DNA of 64,000 bases from Gammaproteobacteria bacterium. Lineage in GTDB: Bacteria > Pseudomonadota > Gammaproteobacteria > UBA1113. The notes under the pieces are model-generated. The model worked only from the letters and a program-made list of their open reading frames with translations. It was not told the origin of the DNA and made no database searches. The stretch lies in contig CBDDLJ010000022.1 of the NCBI GenBank assembly GCA_965230635.1, forward strand, positions 86,705 through 150,704, read 5' to 3'. Shown piece after piece: positions 9,219 to 20,224 of this stretch; within the stretch, counting starts at the first letter, position 1; every line of letters starts with the position of its first letter. A program made the translations under genes and the position numbers.

Positions 9219-10099
9219 TTGCTACCTAACAGAAAATGATCATAATTAACATATCCTGAAAACCAGGCATGTCCAAAAATTAACAGTAGCCAACCTGATA
9301 TTGCCAAATAAGGGCCAAAAGGAATAGCCTGACGTAAACTACGCTTTTGCAATAAAGCCTGCAAACAAGTCACAATAATACCAAGCATACAAGCCATCAT
9401 GATTACCACCGGTAACATTTGCCAGCCTAACCAAGCACCTAAAGCAGCAAATAATTTAAAGTCACCGTAAGCCATACCTTCACGTTGATAAATCAGCTGA
9501 AAAAGTTTAGCCACACTCCACAAGCTAACATACGCTGCGACAGCGCCAATAACAGCTGCTTCAATCATTGTGTAAAATCCAAAAAGATTAACAAGTAAGC
9601 CTAGCCATAATAAACCTAGTGTTAAGTCATCTAATAAAAATTGATGTTCCATATCAATGAAAGAGAGTACTAACAAATAACCAGTAAAAATCAACGCAGG
9701 CCACGTTTGCCATTGCCAACCATAACGCCAAATAACAGCCATTGCTAATAGTGCAGTTAATAACTCAACCAGCGGATAACGCCAAGGAATACGCTGACGA
9801 CAACAAGCACAGCGCCCACATAGAAAAATAAAGCTCAAAATAGGAATATTATGCCAAGGCTTAATAGCTTGCTTACAATAAGTACAAGTTGAGCATGGAA
9901 AGAAAAGATTAAAGCGCTTAGGTAACTCCGGACGTTCTGGCTGCTCTGCTAAATAATTCCGTGCTTCTTGATGCCATTCACGAAATACCATTCGTGGTAA
10001 GCGATATATGACTACATTTAAAAAGCTACCAATAATTAATCCAAAAATAGCAACAAAAACGAATAGCAATACTGATAATTCTGACAAGCTCTGACTCAA
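9215..10099 (-). CDS. pilD: prepilin peptidase / N-methyltransferase
   Basis: 294 aa, polytopic. A Cys-rich N-terminal region (CSTCTYC...CGRCACC) is followed by the A24 peptidase motifs GDFKL/GFGPY-like (MAYGDFKLFAALGAW, IPFGPYLAI). Confidence 0.92.
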   Translation of the reverse strand: MSQSLSELSVLLFVFVAIFGLIIGSFLNVVIYRLPRMVFREWHQEARNYLAEQPERPELPKRFNLFFPCSTCTYCKQAIKPWHNIPILSFIFLCGRCACCRQRIPWRYPLVELLTALLAMAVIWRYGWQWQTWPALIFTGYLLVLSFIDMEHQFLLDDLTLGLLWLGLLVNLFGFYTMIEAAVIGAVAAYVSLWSVAKLFQLIYQREGMAYGDFKLFAALGAWLGWQMLPVVIMMACMLGIIVTCLQALLQKRSLRQAIPFGPYLAISGWLLLIFGHAWFSGYVNYDHFLLGSK

Positions 10100-11319
10100 A
10101 TAACACCACCTAATTTGAAGATCGGCATGTACATCGCAATGACTAAACCGCCAATCAAAACACCTAAGATGACCATAATAATCGGTTCTAATAAACTACT
10201 CAAGGTCGAAACAGACGCATCGACTTCACTTTCATAAAAATTAGCCACTTTTCCTAACATAAATTCAAACGAACCCGATTCTTCACCAATTCCTACCATC
10301 TGAACCGCCATATTGGGGAAAATACCTGTTTCTAACATTGCTTGCTGCATTTGCTGACCTGCAGTGACACCATCAATAATGTGCTGTGTCGCATTATAAT
10401 AAACAATATTACCGGTGACACCGGCAACGGATCGCAAGGCATCAACAAGTGGCATGCCTGCAGCAAAGGTAATGGATAAAGTGCGTGCAAAACGAGCAAT
10501 TGCTGCTTTGCGTAAAATGAGGCCAACAATAGGAATATGTAAATAAGCGCGTTGCACAAAGTTGTTAAATGTAGTCGATCGTTTTCTTGCCTGAAAAAAT
10601 CCGATCACCAGGCAAGTTATCATACTGAAAGCGATAAACCAGTGCTCAGTCAATAAACCGGAAAAAAACAATACCAGCCTTGTTGCAAACGGTAACTCAG
10701 CACCAAAGCCTGAAAAGATTTTTTCAAACTGTGGCACAATAAAAATAAGTAAGCCCGCTGTCACTGCAAAGGCAATTGCTAAAATAGCAGTGGGATAAAC
10801 CAATGCTTTTTTTACTTTTTTATGTAAGTCCTCTAATTTTTCTTTATAACTGGCCACTTGATCTAGCATCACATCGAGTTGCCCCGATTGCTCACCTGCT
10901 GCCACTAAACTGCAAAATAAATCATTAAAATACTTTTTATGACGTACTAATGCGCTAGAAAGCGTCATGCCTGACTCTACATCCAACTTAATCGTATTAA
11001 CCACATAGTTTAACGCAGGATTTTCAACACTTTGTGTAATAATTTCTAATGCCTGCACCAATGGAACGCCTGCGGAAAGTAACGTTGCTAACTGACGGGT
11101 AAATGATGTCACTTCCATGCTAGTGATTTTTTGCGAAAATAATCGTGAACTAAACAATGGCTTGGGTTTTTTCTTAACTTTAATAGGGGTAATACCTTGA
11201 TTACGTAATTCTGCTTTAGCCATTATTAAGCTGATAGCTGTTATTTCACCCTTTATTGTTTGACCATTCTTATTTCGCCCTTCCCAACGAAAAACAAATT
11301 TTTTACTTTTAGCTGGCAT
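10096..11319 (-). CDS. pilC: type IV pilus inner-membrane platform protein
   Basis: 407 aa with two GspF/T2SSF repeats (SGMTLSSAL, AGEQSGQLD, GEESGSFEFML). Position is between pilB and pilD. Confidence 0.92.
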   Translation of the reverse strand: MPAKSKKFVFRWEGRNKNGQTIKGEITAISLIMAKAELRNQGITPIKVKKKPKPLFSSRLFSQKITSMEVTSFTRQLATLLSAGVPLVQALEIITQSVENPALNYVVNTIKLDVESGMTLSSALVRHKKYFNDLFCSLVAAGEQSGQLDVMLDQVASYKEKLEDLHKKVKKALVYPTAILAIAFAVTAGLLIFIVPQFEKIFSGFGAELPFATRLVLFFSGLLTEHWFIAFSMITCLVIGFFQARKRSTTFNNFVQRAYLHIPIVGLILRKAAIARFARTLSITFAAGMPLVDALRSVAGVTGNIVYYNATQHIIDGVTAGQQMQQAMLETGIFPNMAVQMVGIGEESGSFEFMLGKVANFYESEVDASVSTLSSLLEPIIMVILGVLIGGLVIAMYMPIFKLGGVI

Positions 11320-11402
11320 AGATTTCCTTACCTTTTACCATAGACCCTACCATGATTCTCACGAGATACCAAGCAGCGGACTCATTATTCTTTAACTACT
11401 AG

Positions 11403-13121
11403 TTAATCAACCGTTACTCGGTAAATTTCCTCTATACTCGTTTCTCCATCCAACACGCGCAGCATTCCTGATTTTCTTAATGGCAGCATACCTTGTTTCA
11501 CTGCAATCTCAAGCAAATCTGACGCTGATGCATCCGCTAATATCGCTTTCTGAATTTCAGGTGTCACTTTCATGACTTCGAACAAACCGATTCGTCCAGA
11601 ATATCCATTTTTACAATATTCGCAACCGACTTCATTTGGCCCATAAATTGTTGTGTTTTTGTACTTTTCAGGCTCAATGCCTTTATCTTGAAAAAATTTC
11701 TCTGGCACTTCTTTTTTAATTTTACATTGCTTACATAATAATCTTGCTAATCGTTGTGCAATGACTAAATTCACCGTCGATGCCACATTGTACGCTGGTA
11801 CTCCCATACTACACATTCGAATTAATGTTTCTGGCGCACTGTTTGTATGCAGCGTTGACAATACCATGTGTCCTGTTTGTGCTGCCTGTATAGCAATTTC
11901 TATTGTTTCTAAATCACGTATTTCCCCTACCATAATGACGTCAGGATCCTGGCGCAGAAAGGCTCTTAATGTATTAGAAAACGCTAACCCTACTTTATTA
12001 TTTACAGCAACTTGATTAATTCCTGTCACATTAATTTCAACTGGGTCCTCTACGGTCGATATATTGGTTTCTGCATTCTTCATCATATTCAAAGCAGTAT
12101 ACAGTGTCACTGTTTTACCACTACCGGTAGGCCCTGTCACTAATACCATTCCTTGCGGTCGACGAATAGTATTTAAAAACATGTCTTTTTGCTCTTGATA
12201 AAATCCTAAAGCATCAATACCAATCGTCGCATTGGTTGGATCCAATACACGCAAAACGACTTTCTCACCAAATATCGTCGGCAGTGTACTAATTCTAAAA
12301 TCAATATTATGTGTTTTTGATAACAGAATTTTAAAATGTCCATCTTGTGGAATACGGCGCTCAGAGACATCCAAGCGTGACATCACTTTCAAACGTGCTG
12401 TAATCCGGCTAGCCAGCTTAATGGGAGGAACTGCTACCTCATATAAAATACCATCACGGCGATAACGAATGCGATAAACTTTTTCATAAGGTTCAAAATG
12501 GATATCCGATACAGATTGTTTAATGGCATCAAGAATAATCTTATGTACAAAGCGAACGATAGGAGCATCTTCAACACCATCAGCATCCGATTCCTCCGGT
12601 GTTTCTTCAATGCCCATAGAAACATCGAGTAAATCTAAATCGGTATCTTCTAATTCATCTAACGGTGCTGTTTCTCGTGCCTCTAATACTTTTTCAATTG
12701 CTTTATCTAACTGATCTTCTTCCACTAAAACAGCATGTGTATTAATCCCGGTATGAAACTTAAAATCGCTTAATGCGGACAAGTTTGTTGGATCTGACAA
12801 TACAATATAAAGACGAACACCGCGCTGATAAATTGGTAAGGCATGATGTTTTCGAACCAGGTTCTCTGAAACAAATTCATGAGGAATTAAATCAAAATCA
12901 AAAGCAGAAATATCAATAAGTGGTAGACCAAAATCTTGCGCAGCAGCGAAAGCAATATCTTTGAACGATAAAAGCTTTTTTTCTGCAATGTAGGAGATAA
13001 ATGATTTACCTTCATCTACAGCGCGTTGAGACGCTTGTTGAGCTTGGACTTCATCTAATAAGCTATCCGCCACTAAACGCTGTGCTAAGCCATTTAATCC
13101 TGTCTTTGCTTTCTGTACCAT
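11403..13121 (-). CDS. pilB: type IV pilus assembly ATPase
   Basis: 572 aa with Walker A GPTGSGKT, Asp/His boxes (GEIRDLET, TGHMVLSTLHTN) and a tetracysteine motif CKQC...CEYC. Confidence 0.93.
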   Translation of the reverse strand: MVQKAKTGLNGLAQRLVADSLLDEVQAQQASQRAVDEGKSFISYIAEKKLLSFKDIAFAAAQDFGLPLIDISAFDFDLIPHEFVSENLVRKHHALPIYQRGVRLYIVLSDPTNLSALSDFKFHTGINTHAVLVEEDQLDKAIEKVLEARETAPLDELEDTDLDLLDVSMGIEETPEESDADGVEDAPIVRFVHKIILDAIKQSVSDIHFEPYEKVYRIRYRRDGILYEVAVPPIKLASRITARLKVMSRLDVSERRIPQDGHFKILLSKTHNIDFRISTLPTIFGEKVVLRVLDPTNATIGIDALGFYQEQKDMFLNTIRRPQGMVLVTGPTGSGKTVTLYTALNMMKNAETNISTVEDPVEINVTGINQVAVNNKVGLAFSNTLRAFLRQDPDVIMVGEIRDLETIEIAIQAAQTGHMVLSTLHTNSAPETLIRMCSMGVPAYNVASTVNLVIAQRLARLLCKQCKIKKEVPEKFFQDKGIEPEKYKNTTIYGPNEVGCEYCKNGYSGRIGLFEVMKVTPEIQKAILADASASDLLEIAVKQGMLPLRKSGMLRVLDGETSIEEIYRVTVD

Positions 13122-13348
13122 CTTTATCTTCTCCTCACTATATAATAGTCAATTGTAGGGAGAATTGGCTGTTTTTTTATAACTATACAGCAATTTTCTC
13201 TCAGCATCGCCTTGAGTCAAGCTAATTATAAAAATCAACTCATAAAAACACTGATTCTCAATGCTAGCACTGAACAGCGCCATTTTTTTTAAATGTGAGC
13301 ACAAATTATTCTAATCAATTGATTTAACTTTGTTTTTTACAAATTAAC

Positions 13349-13378
13349 GAAGCAAGAAGACGTCAGCCTTCTTGCTTC
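13349..13378 (-). terminator. hairpin downstream of the pilin gene
   Basis: Perfect 11-bp stem GAAGCAAGAAG / CTTCTTGCTTC with an 8-nt loop, 27 nt after the pilin stop. The trailing U-tract is weak. Confidence 0.45.
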
Positions 13379-13405
13379 TCAACTTAAAACAATATTACGA
13401 TAAAG

Positions 13406-13837
13406 CTAGCACAGTGATGGATCAGAACACACACTTGCCCAGGTAATACCGCCGTTCACAACTGTTGGTGTTAATGTAATTGTAGATGCAGCACTAAAGC
13501 AACCGGTACCACTCACACCTGTTGCCGTAATGACACCATTGGCGGCAACAGAAACACTATCGGTGCATCCAATAGTACCTGGATTCGCAGGTACACCGTT
13601 TGTCCCACTGGCACAGCTAGTAATGGAACCTGCGGCAATGCCACCGGTTGAATGTGCACATTGCGCAACATAGTTTTTAAAACCATCACCTGCTTGTACT
13701 ACTTCTGAAAAACGTGCTTTTTCTGTGTAACTGACATAGGATGGAATTGCAATTGCCGCCAGAATACCGACGATGGCAATCGTAATCATTAACTCTATCA
13801 ACGTGAATCCGCGTTGACACCTTTCTTTTACATTCAT
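13406..13837 (-). CDS. pilA: type IV major pilin
   Basis: Leader [10 protein letters not shown] followed by the cleavage motif [27 protein letters not shown]-terminal disulfide loop is formed by CSDPSLC. Confidence 0.9.
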   Translation of the reverse strand: MNVKERCQRGFTLIELMITIAIVGILAAIAIPSYVSYTEKARFSEVVQAGDGFKNYVAQCAHSTGGIAAGSITSCASGTNGVPANPGTIGCTDSVSVAANGVITATGVSGTGCFSAASTITLTPTVVNGGITWASVCSDPSLC

Positions 13838-13877
13838 TGTTTTCCTCCCAAAGAAACTATCTACCTATTAAGTGTAA

Positions 13878-13893
13878 TACAATATGAATGCCT
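13878..13893 (-). promoter_or_regulatory. possible sigma-54 (-24/-12) promoter of the pilin gene
   Basis: The minus strand reads AGGCATTCATATTGTA. GG and TTGT sit at the exact spacing of the TGGCAC-N5-TTGC consensus, about 40 nt upstream of the ATG. Pilin genes are RpoN-dependent in several gammaproteobacteria. Confidence 0.35.
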
Positions 13894-14079
13894 GTTTTTT
13901 AAACACAGTGATTTTTTGCACTTGAATAGAGTTAACCAATTGATTTTATTTATAATATTTTTTTTTCTTTCACTTGCGATTGTAAAATATATAAACAGAG
14001 TCTATTAAAAATTGGCTAAAAAGTGACAAAATTTATACTCATTTAACAAAATTGGGCACTTCACTAAAAAAAGCGATTA

Positions 14080-14109
14080 TTGTCGCCAACTAAGATTCTT
14101 TGGTATAAT
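14080..14109 (+). promoter_or_regulatory. sigma-70 promoter for tRNA-Thr
   Basis: TTGTCG-N18-TATAAT with an extended -10 TG (TGGTATAAT), ending 18 nt before the tRNA 5' end. Confidence 0.55.
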
Positions 14110-14127
14110 CAGCGTCTTTGTTTTTGT

Positions 14128-14203
<76 letters not shown>

Positions 14204-14495
14204 ACATGTGAATCTTTGCCACCTGAAAGACAATGATAATCCATTGCATATGACAATCGACATATTTTGTAAAACACTGAATTAACAATGCATAACATAT
14301 GCTTTTGTCTTATCATTTACTCACTAACACACAGTGATGATGATGCTTTTTGTTAATATTTTTCAGGCAATATGTGATTTTTTTTTATACAATGTAAAAT
14401 TTATCTTGCATTTGTCTAAAAAATGTTATATCATTGACATGAAATAAGTCATGTATACGTTAACTTTTGTCATTAATCATGCGGAGGTACTTTCT

Positions 14496-14882
14496 ATGTA
14501 TAAACGCAATCGTCCTCTTTCTTTTCTGCAACAGGCTAAAAATCATAAATACTTAAAACATCTTATAAGGGGAACTACTCATATGTCAAATAAATCAAAT
14601 ATTCCAAGCTATATACCCGCTGAGTCACAAGATCATTATCTTAACATGACAAAACAACGGGAATTAGCTGAGCAATGTCTTCGTAAGAATCAAATGGATG
14701 AAGCAACAAAACATATTGAAAAAGCAAAAGAATATTTCAAAGGTATTTCTGGAATAGGCGCAGAGCTTCATGGCCTTTTTGATTCTTTGTCTAAATTGCA
14801 AGAGCGTATTGACCATCAAGCTGAAGAATCTGTTAAGATAGAAAAAGTACATATTTCATGGTCTAATGACGCTAAACAATAA
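14496..14882 (+). CDS. hypothetical small helical protein
   Basis: 128 aa counted from the ATG preceded by GGAGG (14483-14487). Predicted coiled coil, no family recognised. The ORF-track start at 14451 lacks an RBS. Confidence 0.5.
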   Translation: MYKRNRPLSFLQQAKNHKYLKHLIRGTTHMSNKSNIPSYIPAESQDHYLNMTKQRELAEQCLRKNQMDEATKHIEKAKEYFKGISGIGAELHGLFDSLSKLQERIDHQAEESVKIEKVHISWSNDAKQ

Positions 14883-14963
14883 CAGCATTAACGTATTGAA
14901 ATAACTACATAAAATAAGTACAGAAAAAAGTATCATAATCATCTAATAAAAAGGAGAGTCATT

Positions 14964-15992
14964 ATGCCACGATTTCAAATACTTACTGCCTTAGGCAGCG
15001 CTGTGGGACGAAGAGGTTATTCGTCATTTCAAACTCATCCCAGTCTTAGCGTATACACTTGGTTACCCTCAGCAACTGTCGATGGTAACCGTGAGCGCAT
15101 TAGTTCGAGAACAGCTAAACTTAAATTTGCTGACCGATCTTCTGCTGTTAGGGTTGAGCCTCTTGGTCATGCTGCATCTAGGTTACAAATGAATACTATT
15201 CCTAAAGACGTACAGGAATTGCTTGCTGAATTAAACCTCGACAAGAAAGGAATAACGCAAATACAAGGCGAAATGAGTTGGTTTCCAAGGTCGGATAGTC
15301 AAACTAATGAACATATTCAGACAGGGGTAACATTCAGCCAAGAAGAGCGTAACGAATTTGAGGATAGACAGAGAATCATGGTTGGAGACGATCTTGAAAG
15401 AGCTCGCTCAGCGATGCCTGCCATACGAAATTTTTTTAGTCGTGAATTGGCAGCAGTAAATAGCTCTATCCAACATGATATTGCTCAATATGGTCCTGTC
15501 AGCGAGCAAGGAATACGAGTATTTACTGAATTAAACTTTCGAGAAGTTGTATTATGTTGGCTGAAGATGATGGATCCGGTTATTAAACACACTGAAAATG
15601 GAGAAAGGATCCTCAGCATGACGGAAATAGCGCCACACGGAACCTATTATGGAAAAGGAATGTTAGAATTTTTCAGAGGCGCGGCTTCATCAGGGGCTAC
15701 TGATAATTACAATCCATACTCATCTTTACAGCACGTTTGTACAACAGCGGTACTACAGTCTGTTCAAGCCGGTGTTGGTGTTGAGTTATTTGAGGAGATT
15801 GCTCGATCCGTTTTAAAACGCCCTGAGTTTGCCCATGGACTGGCTATCGTAGATGTAACAAGGGCGGTTACAGATGAAGTGGCGGCACAAACACAGGCTC
15901 GCTACAGAGTAGGTGATGCTCTGGTCAGTGACGTTGATGAAACAGCATCTTCAGAACAGCAAGAGAATCTATCTCCTTCCCCTCAACGGTGA
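14964..15992 (+). CDS. hypothetical protein (orphan; Glu/Ser-rich C-terminus)
   Basis: 342-aa ORF with an AAGGAGAG RBS. It looks visibly GC-richer than its flanks. The C-terminal tail is DVDETASSEQQENLSPSPQR. No family recognised. Confidence 0.6.
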   Translation: MPRFQILTALGSAVGRRGYSSFQTHPSLSVYTWLPSATVDGNRERISSRTAKLKFADRSSAVRVEPLGHAASRLQMNTIPKDVQELLAELNLDKKGITQIQGEMSWFPRSDSQTNEHIQTGVTFSQEERNEFEDRQRIMVGDDLERARSAMPAIRNFFSRELAAVNSSIQHDIAQYGPVSEQGIRVFTELNFREVVLCWLKMMDPVIKHTENGERILSMTEIAPHGTYYGKGMLEFFRGAASSGATDNYNPYSSLQHVCTTAVLQSVQAGVGVELFEEIARSVLKRPEFAHGLAIVDVTRAVTDEVAAQTQARYRVGDALVSDVDETASSEQQENLSPSPQR

Positions 15993-16011
15993 AGCTAATT
16001 TAAACAATAAC

Positions 16012-16040
16012 GTGGGGTTATGCTGCATTGCTAACCCCAC
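16012..16040. terminator. bidirectional hairpin between convergent genes (14964-15992 and secA)
   Basis: Perfect 9-bp stem GTGGGGTTA / TAACCCCAC with an 11-nt loop and T-rich tracts on both sides. Confidence 0.5.
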
Positions 16041-16158
16041 ATAATCATTTCTTACCGATTAACATCAACTTGATCTGCTTTGTTAAGCTGAATAAATTTT
16101 TGCGGAAGCAATACAGCTACACATATTTACAACTAGCCCTATACAACATAGGTTGTTG

Positions 16159-18855
16159 TCAAAGTTGCCCATGACAATGTTTAAATTTTTTGCCTGAGCC
16201 ACAAGGACAAGGATCATTACGGCCTACTTTTTTACCGTTGCGACGCATAGGGATAGCTCTATTATCACTTACTTTTTTTTCTTCTTGTGAAATGTTCTGC
16301 ATACCATGATGATAAGTCATCGGCTGTGGTACTGCTTGACTACGCTTTTGTTCCGCTTGCATTAATGCCTCTGCCGCATTTACTTGTATCCGACAAATAA
16401 CACCGATAGTTTCTCGCTGAATAGTTTTTAAAAAGTTAGAAAACAAATCAAACGATTCACGTTTATATTCTTGCTTAGGGTTTTTTTGTGCATAGCCGCG
16501 CAAATGGATCCCTTGGCGCAAGTAATCCATTGTTGCTAAGTGTTCTTTCCAAAATAAGTCTAAGCTATGTAGCAATATGGTTTTTTCTAAATTCCGCATT
16601 TCTGCTGCACCAATCTCTTGTTCTTTTTGTTTATAGGTACTATGTAAACTATCTTTTATACGCTGCAATACAGTTTCTGCAGTAAGATTAGCATCGTCTT
16701 GTAACCACTGATTAATATCTACTTTTATAGAAAATTCTTTTTCTAATACATGAGTTAAATTTTCCTGATCCCACTGTTCAACAAAACTTTCTGATGGAAT
16801 ATAAGCGCCAACAACATGACTCGCTACAGAATCAATCATCACTTGTATAGTTTCAGAGATGTCATCAGCACGCATAATATCGGATCGTTGTGAGTAAACT
16901 ACCTGACGTTGCTCATTTGCCACATTATCATATTCTAATAATTGTTTTCGAATATCAAAGTTGTGCCCTTCTACCTTACGCTGTGCATTCTCAATGACTC
17001 GCGATAACATCTTTGACTCTAGTGCTTCGCCATCTTTAACACCCAGTTTTTGCATCATACTGGTTAAACGTTCAGAGGCAAATATGCGCAACAAAGAGTC
17101 TTCTAATGCTAAATAAAACCGGCTACTGCCAGGATCACCTTGCCGTCCAGAGCGGCCACGCAATTGATTATCAATACGACGTGATTCATGCCGCTCTGTT
17201 CCTAAAACATGTAATCCACCCGCAGCAATGACAATATCATGACGTTTTTGCCACGCATCACGCAACGCTTTGATCTTTTCTTCAGAAGGTTCTTTCAAGG
17301 CTTTGATTTCAGCATCAACATTTCCGCCTAAGACAATATCCGTCCCTCTACCGGCCATATTGGTTGCAATGGTCACTGCTCCAGGTTGCCCTGCTTGTGC
17401 AATAATCTGTGCTTCACGTGCGTGTTGCTTCGCATTAAGCAATTCACACGGTATTTTTTCTTTCTGCAATAATTGCATTATCAATTCAGAATTTTCAATA
17501 GAGGCTGTACCTACTAACACCGGTTGCTGACGCTCACGGCAACTTTTAATTTCAGCAACAATTGCATTAAATTTTTCTTTTGCCGTCATGTAAACTTTAT
17601 CAGAATTGTCCTTACGCATAACTTGTTGATTAGAAGGAATAACAACAACTTCCAAACCATAAATTTGCTGAAATTCATACGCTTCTGTATCTGCTGTGCC
17701 TGTCATACCAGAGAGTTTGTCATACAAGCGAAAGTAATTCTGAAAAGTAATAGATGCTAAAGTTTGATTTTCATTTTGAATATTAACCCCTTCTTTCGCC
17801 TCGACTGCTTGGTGCAACCCATCTGACCAACGACGTCCTGGCATTAAACGGCCTGTATGTTCATCAACAATGATAACTTCATCGTTTCGCACGATGTATT
17901 CAACATCACGATGAAACAATGTATGTGCTCGCAATGCTGCATAGATATGATGCATCAAGATAATATTATGCGCATCATAGAGACTTTCACCTGGCGTTAA
18001 TAAATTTTCTTTAACTAACGCCGCTTCGATATTCGCATGTCCCGCTTCTGTCAAAAAAGCTTGTCGCGATTTTTCATCTAATGTGTAATCACCAGGACCA
18101 TTTTCACCTAATTGTTTTTTTAAGCTAGGTACTAACGCATTAATTTTAATATAAAGTTGTGAACTATCTTCTGCAGCACCTGAGATGATCAACGGTGTGC
18201 GTGCTTCGTCAATTAAAATTGAGTCAACTTCATCAACAATGGCAAAACTTAAATCCTGTTGTGCACGTTCAGCTAGCGAAAATGCCATATTATCACGCAG
18301 GTAGTCAAAACCAAATTCATTATTGGTTCCATAAATAATATTTGCTTGATACGCTTTTTGTTTATCTTCTTGCGACATATTGGGAATATTGACGCCTACC
18401 GTCATGCCTAAAAATTCATAAATGGGCGACATCCAAGCAGCATCGCGTTGTGCTAAATAATCATTAACAGTGATAATGTGTACTGAATTACCTTTTAGTG
18501 CATTGAGATAAGCCGGCAACGTTGCAGCTAAGGTTTTACCTTCACCGGTCAACATTTCCGCAATATTACCGTTGTGTAACACCATGCCGCCGATCATTTG
18601 CACATCAAAATGGCGCAAATTGAGCAGACGCACAGACACTTCACGTACGACGGCAAAACTTTCTGGCAATAAGTCATCCAGAGTTTCTCCACCTACTAAA
18701 CGTTGTTTGAATTGTTCAGTTTTTGCGCTAAGCTCAGTATCGGACAAGGCTTGAATTTCAGATTCCAGCAGATTAATACGGCTTACTATCTTATACAATT
18801 TCCGTAATACACGCTCATTACGGCTACCAAACAACCTCTTGACAATATTTAACAT
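16159..18855 (-). CDS. secA: preprotein translocase ATPase SecA
   Basis: 898 aa. N-terminus [19 protein letters not shown], Walker [10 protein letters not shown], the [19 protein letters not shown] motif, and a C-terminal zinc finger [14 protein letters not shown]. Confidence 0.97.
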   Translation of the reverse strand: MLNIVKRLFGSRNERVLRKLYKIVSRINLLESEIQALSDTELSAKTEQFKQRLVGGETLDDLLPESFAVVREVSVRLLNLRHFDVQMIGGMVLHNGNIAEMLTGEGKTLAATLPAYLNALKGNSVHIITVNDYLAQRDAAWMSPIYEFLGMTVGVNIPNMSQEDKQKAYQANIIYGTNNEFGFDYLRDNMAFSLAERAQQDLSFAIVDEVDSILIDEARTPLIISGAAEDSSQLYIKINALVPSLKKQLGENGPGDYTLDEKSRQAFLTEAGHANIEAALVKENLLTPGESLYDAHNIILMHHIYAALRAHTLFHRDVEYIVRNDEVIIVDEHTGRLMPGRRWSDGLHQAVEAKEGVNIQNENQTLASITFQNYFRLYDKLSGMTGTADTEAYEFQQIYGLEVVVIPSNQQVMRKDNSDKVYMTAKEKFNAIVAEIKSCRERQQPVLVGTASIENSELIMQLLQKEKIPCELLNAKQHAREAQIIAQAGQPGAVTIATNMAGRGTDIVLGGNVDAEIKALKEPSEEKIKALRDAWQKRHDIVIAAGGLHVLGTERHESRRIDNQLRGRSGRQGDPGSSRFYLALEDSLLRIFASERLTSMMQKLGVKDGEALESKMLSRVIENAQRKVEGHNFDIRKQLLEYDNVANEQRQVVYSQRSDIMRADDISETIQVMIDSVASHVVGAYIPSESFVEQWDQENLTHVLEKEFSIKVDINQWLQDDANLTAETVLQRIKDSLHSTYKQKEQEIGAAEMRNLEKTILLHSLDLFWKEHLATMDYLRQGIHLRGYAQKNPKQEYKRESFDLFSNFLKTIQRETIGVICRIQVNAAEALMQAEQKRSQAVPQPMTYHHGMQNISQEEKKVSDNRAIPMRRNGKKVGRNDPCPCGSGKKFKHCHGQL

Positions 18856-18937
18856 TCAAAAAACCTTAGCCTGTTGAAAAATATAATTGAAAACGTGATA
18901 TACTAACACTTTTCTAGCAAACATTTCGAACTTTTTT

Positions 18938-19402
18938 ATGTCTAAAGATACATCAACAAAAAAACACGTTTTGAAGCACTTAGCGCTATCAAGTAATAAT
19001 ATTGTACAAGAGATAAATCATCATTTGTCAGATATTAATCAAGCATTGCAAATTGCATTGGATAAAACATTGGCTAAGCACTGCCGTATTGCTAACTTTC
19101 ATCAAGGGCGCTTAGTGATTGAAACGGATAGCCCAGCATGGGCAACAAAGTTACGCTTTAGCATTCCTGATCTACGCGAAAAATTAAGAAAAGATCCACA
19201 ATTTGCTAATTTAAAGCATATTGAGTATTACGTTAATCCAGAAAATACACCGAAACCTGCTGCGAAAGTAAAAAGAAAAAATGGCATGAAAATGTCACCC
19301 CATTCTGCTTCTCTATTACATACCATTGCAGAAGGCATCTCAGATAATAAGTTAAGTAAAATATTGCATAAGTTAGCTAAAAGTGGTGAATCATCCACAT
19401 AA
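18938..19402 (+). CDS. DUF721 / DciA-like protein
   Basis: 154 aa. The stretch ANFHQGRLVIETDSPAWATKLRFSIPDLREKLRK matches the DUF721 core. The position divergent from secA is seen in other gammaproteobacteria. Confidence 0.55.
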   Translation: MSKDTSTKKHVLKHLALSSNNIVQEINHHLSDINQALQIALDKTLAKHCRIANFHQGRLVIETDSPAWATKLRFSIPDLREKLRKDPQFANLKHIEYYVNPENTPKPAAKVKRKNGMKMSPHSASLLHTIAEGISDNKLSKILHKLAKSGESST

Positions 19403-19975
19403 GTAGACCGTCATCAAGCCGGCTAAAAATCCAAATACATGCCCTTCCCAGGATATATCCTTCCCTCCTGGTAGTAAATTTAAAAATAAACCACTCAGAT
19501 AGTATAGCAAGACAATCGCGAGTAAAATGGTCATTAGACTGACTTGATAATAAGCATATGCTAGGCAATAAGCAAAATATCCCATCACTAAACTACTAGC
19601 ACCAATGTGAATAGCGCGTCGACCAAATAACCAAATGGCACTGCCACTGAGTAAAACAATCCCTACCGTAACACAATAAAAATGCGACATTGACGGTGTA
19701 AGGATTAAAACAAAATTTAATAAGAAAAAGAGTGGAATACTATTATAAAATAAATGATTAAAATCGTAGTGTATCAATGAACTAAGCACGATACCCGGCA
19801 TTCCGAAAATACACCGAGGCATAATACCTAAGCGGGTCAAACGATAACCCAGCATCGCATTGACAGTGTGAATAATGAGTAACATTAGTAGCGCTAAGAG
19901 AACAAAATCAATATTCACTTTGCTTTGCTCAATTAAGAAATCTAATGTTGTTGCTGTATTTTTTAAAATTTGCAT
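19391..19975 (-). CDS. rhomboid-family intramembrane serine protease
   Basis: 194 aa with 6 TM helices. Motifs are HYDFNHLFYN (H...N), GASSLVMG (catalytic Ser) and HVFGFLAG (catalytic His). Confidence 0.8.
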   Translation of the reverse strand: MQILKNTATTLDFLIEQSKVNIDFVLLALLMLLIIHTVNAMLGYRLTRLGIMPRCIFGMPGIVLSSLIHYDFNHLFYNSIPLFFLLNFVLILTPSMSHFYCVTVGIVLLSGSAIWLFGRRAIHIGASSLVMGYFAYCLAYAYYQVSLMTILLAIVLLYYLSGLFLNLLPGGKDISWEGHVFGFLAGLMTVYLCG

Positions 19976-20224
19976 AAAAACTATTCTGGTCTTGTTGACA
20001 CATACACGTATTATATCCTGATTAAGCCAAAATCAACTAGCTTTTTAAGTAAAGCGCGATAACACTTTCATCTGTCATTTAGCCAAGATTTGAGCCTCCT
20101 CGTTAAATGCAACCACAAGCCACATGGAGCCTAAGACTATATCTTACCATTTTGAGCAATTAATTGCTTTTTACCTGTAAATCTGATCAAATTTCCTTCT
20201 ACAGGCAAAATAGAAGAGGTAAAG

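Noticed and set aside
11761-12714. Short ORFs on both strands within pilB (11761-12015, 12232-12465, 12434-12625, 12523-12714), and similar ones inside secA, feoB, proS and the Tc genes.
   Set aside because: They are embedded in strongly supported long CDSs, so they are shadow ORFs.
15993-16158. Searched for a direct repeat of the tRNA-Thr 3' end that would delimit an integrative islet.
   Set aside because: No copy of GGTTCGACTCCACTTTCCGGCACCA, or a substantial part of it, is visible between 14204 and 16158.
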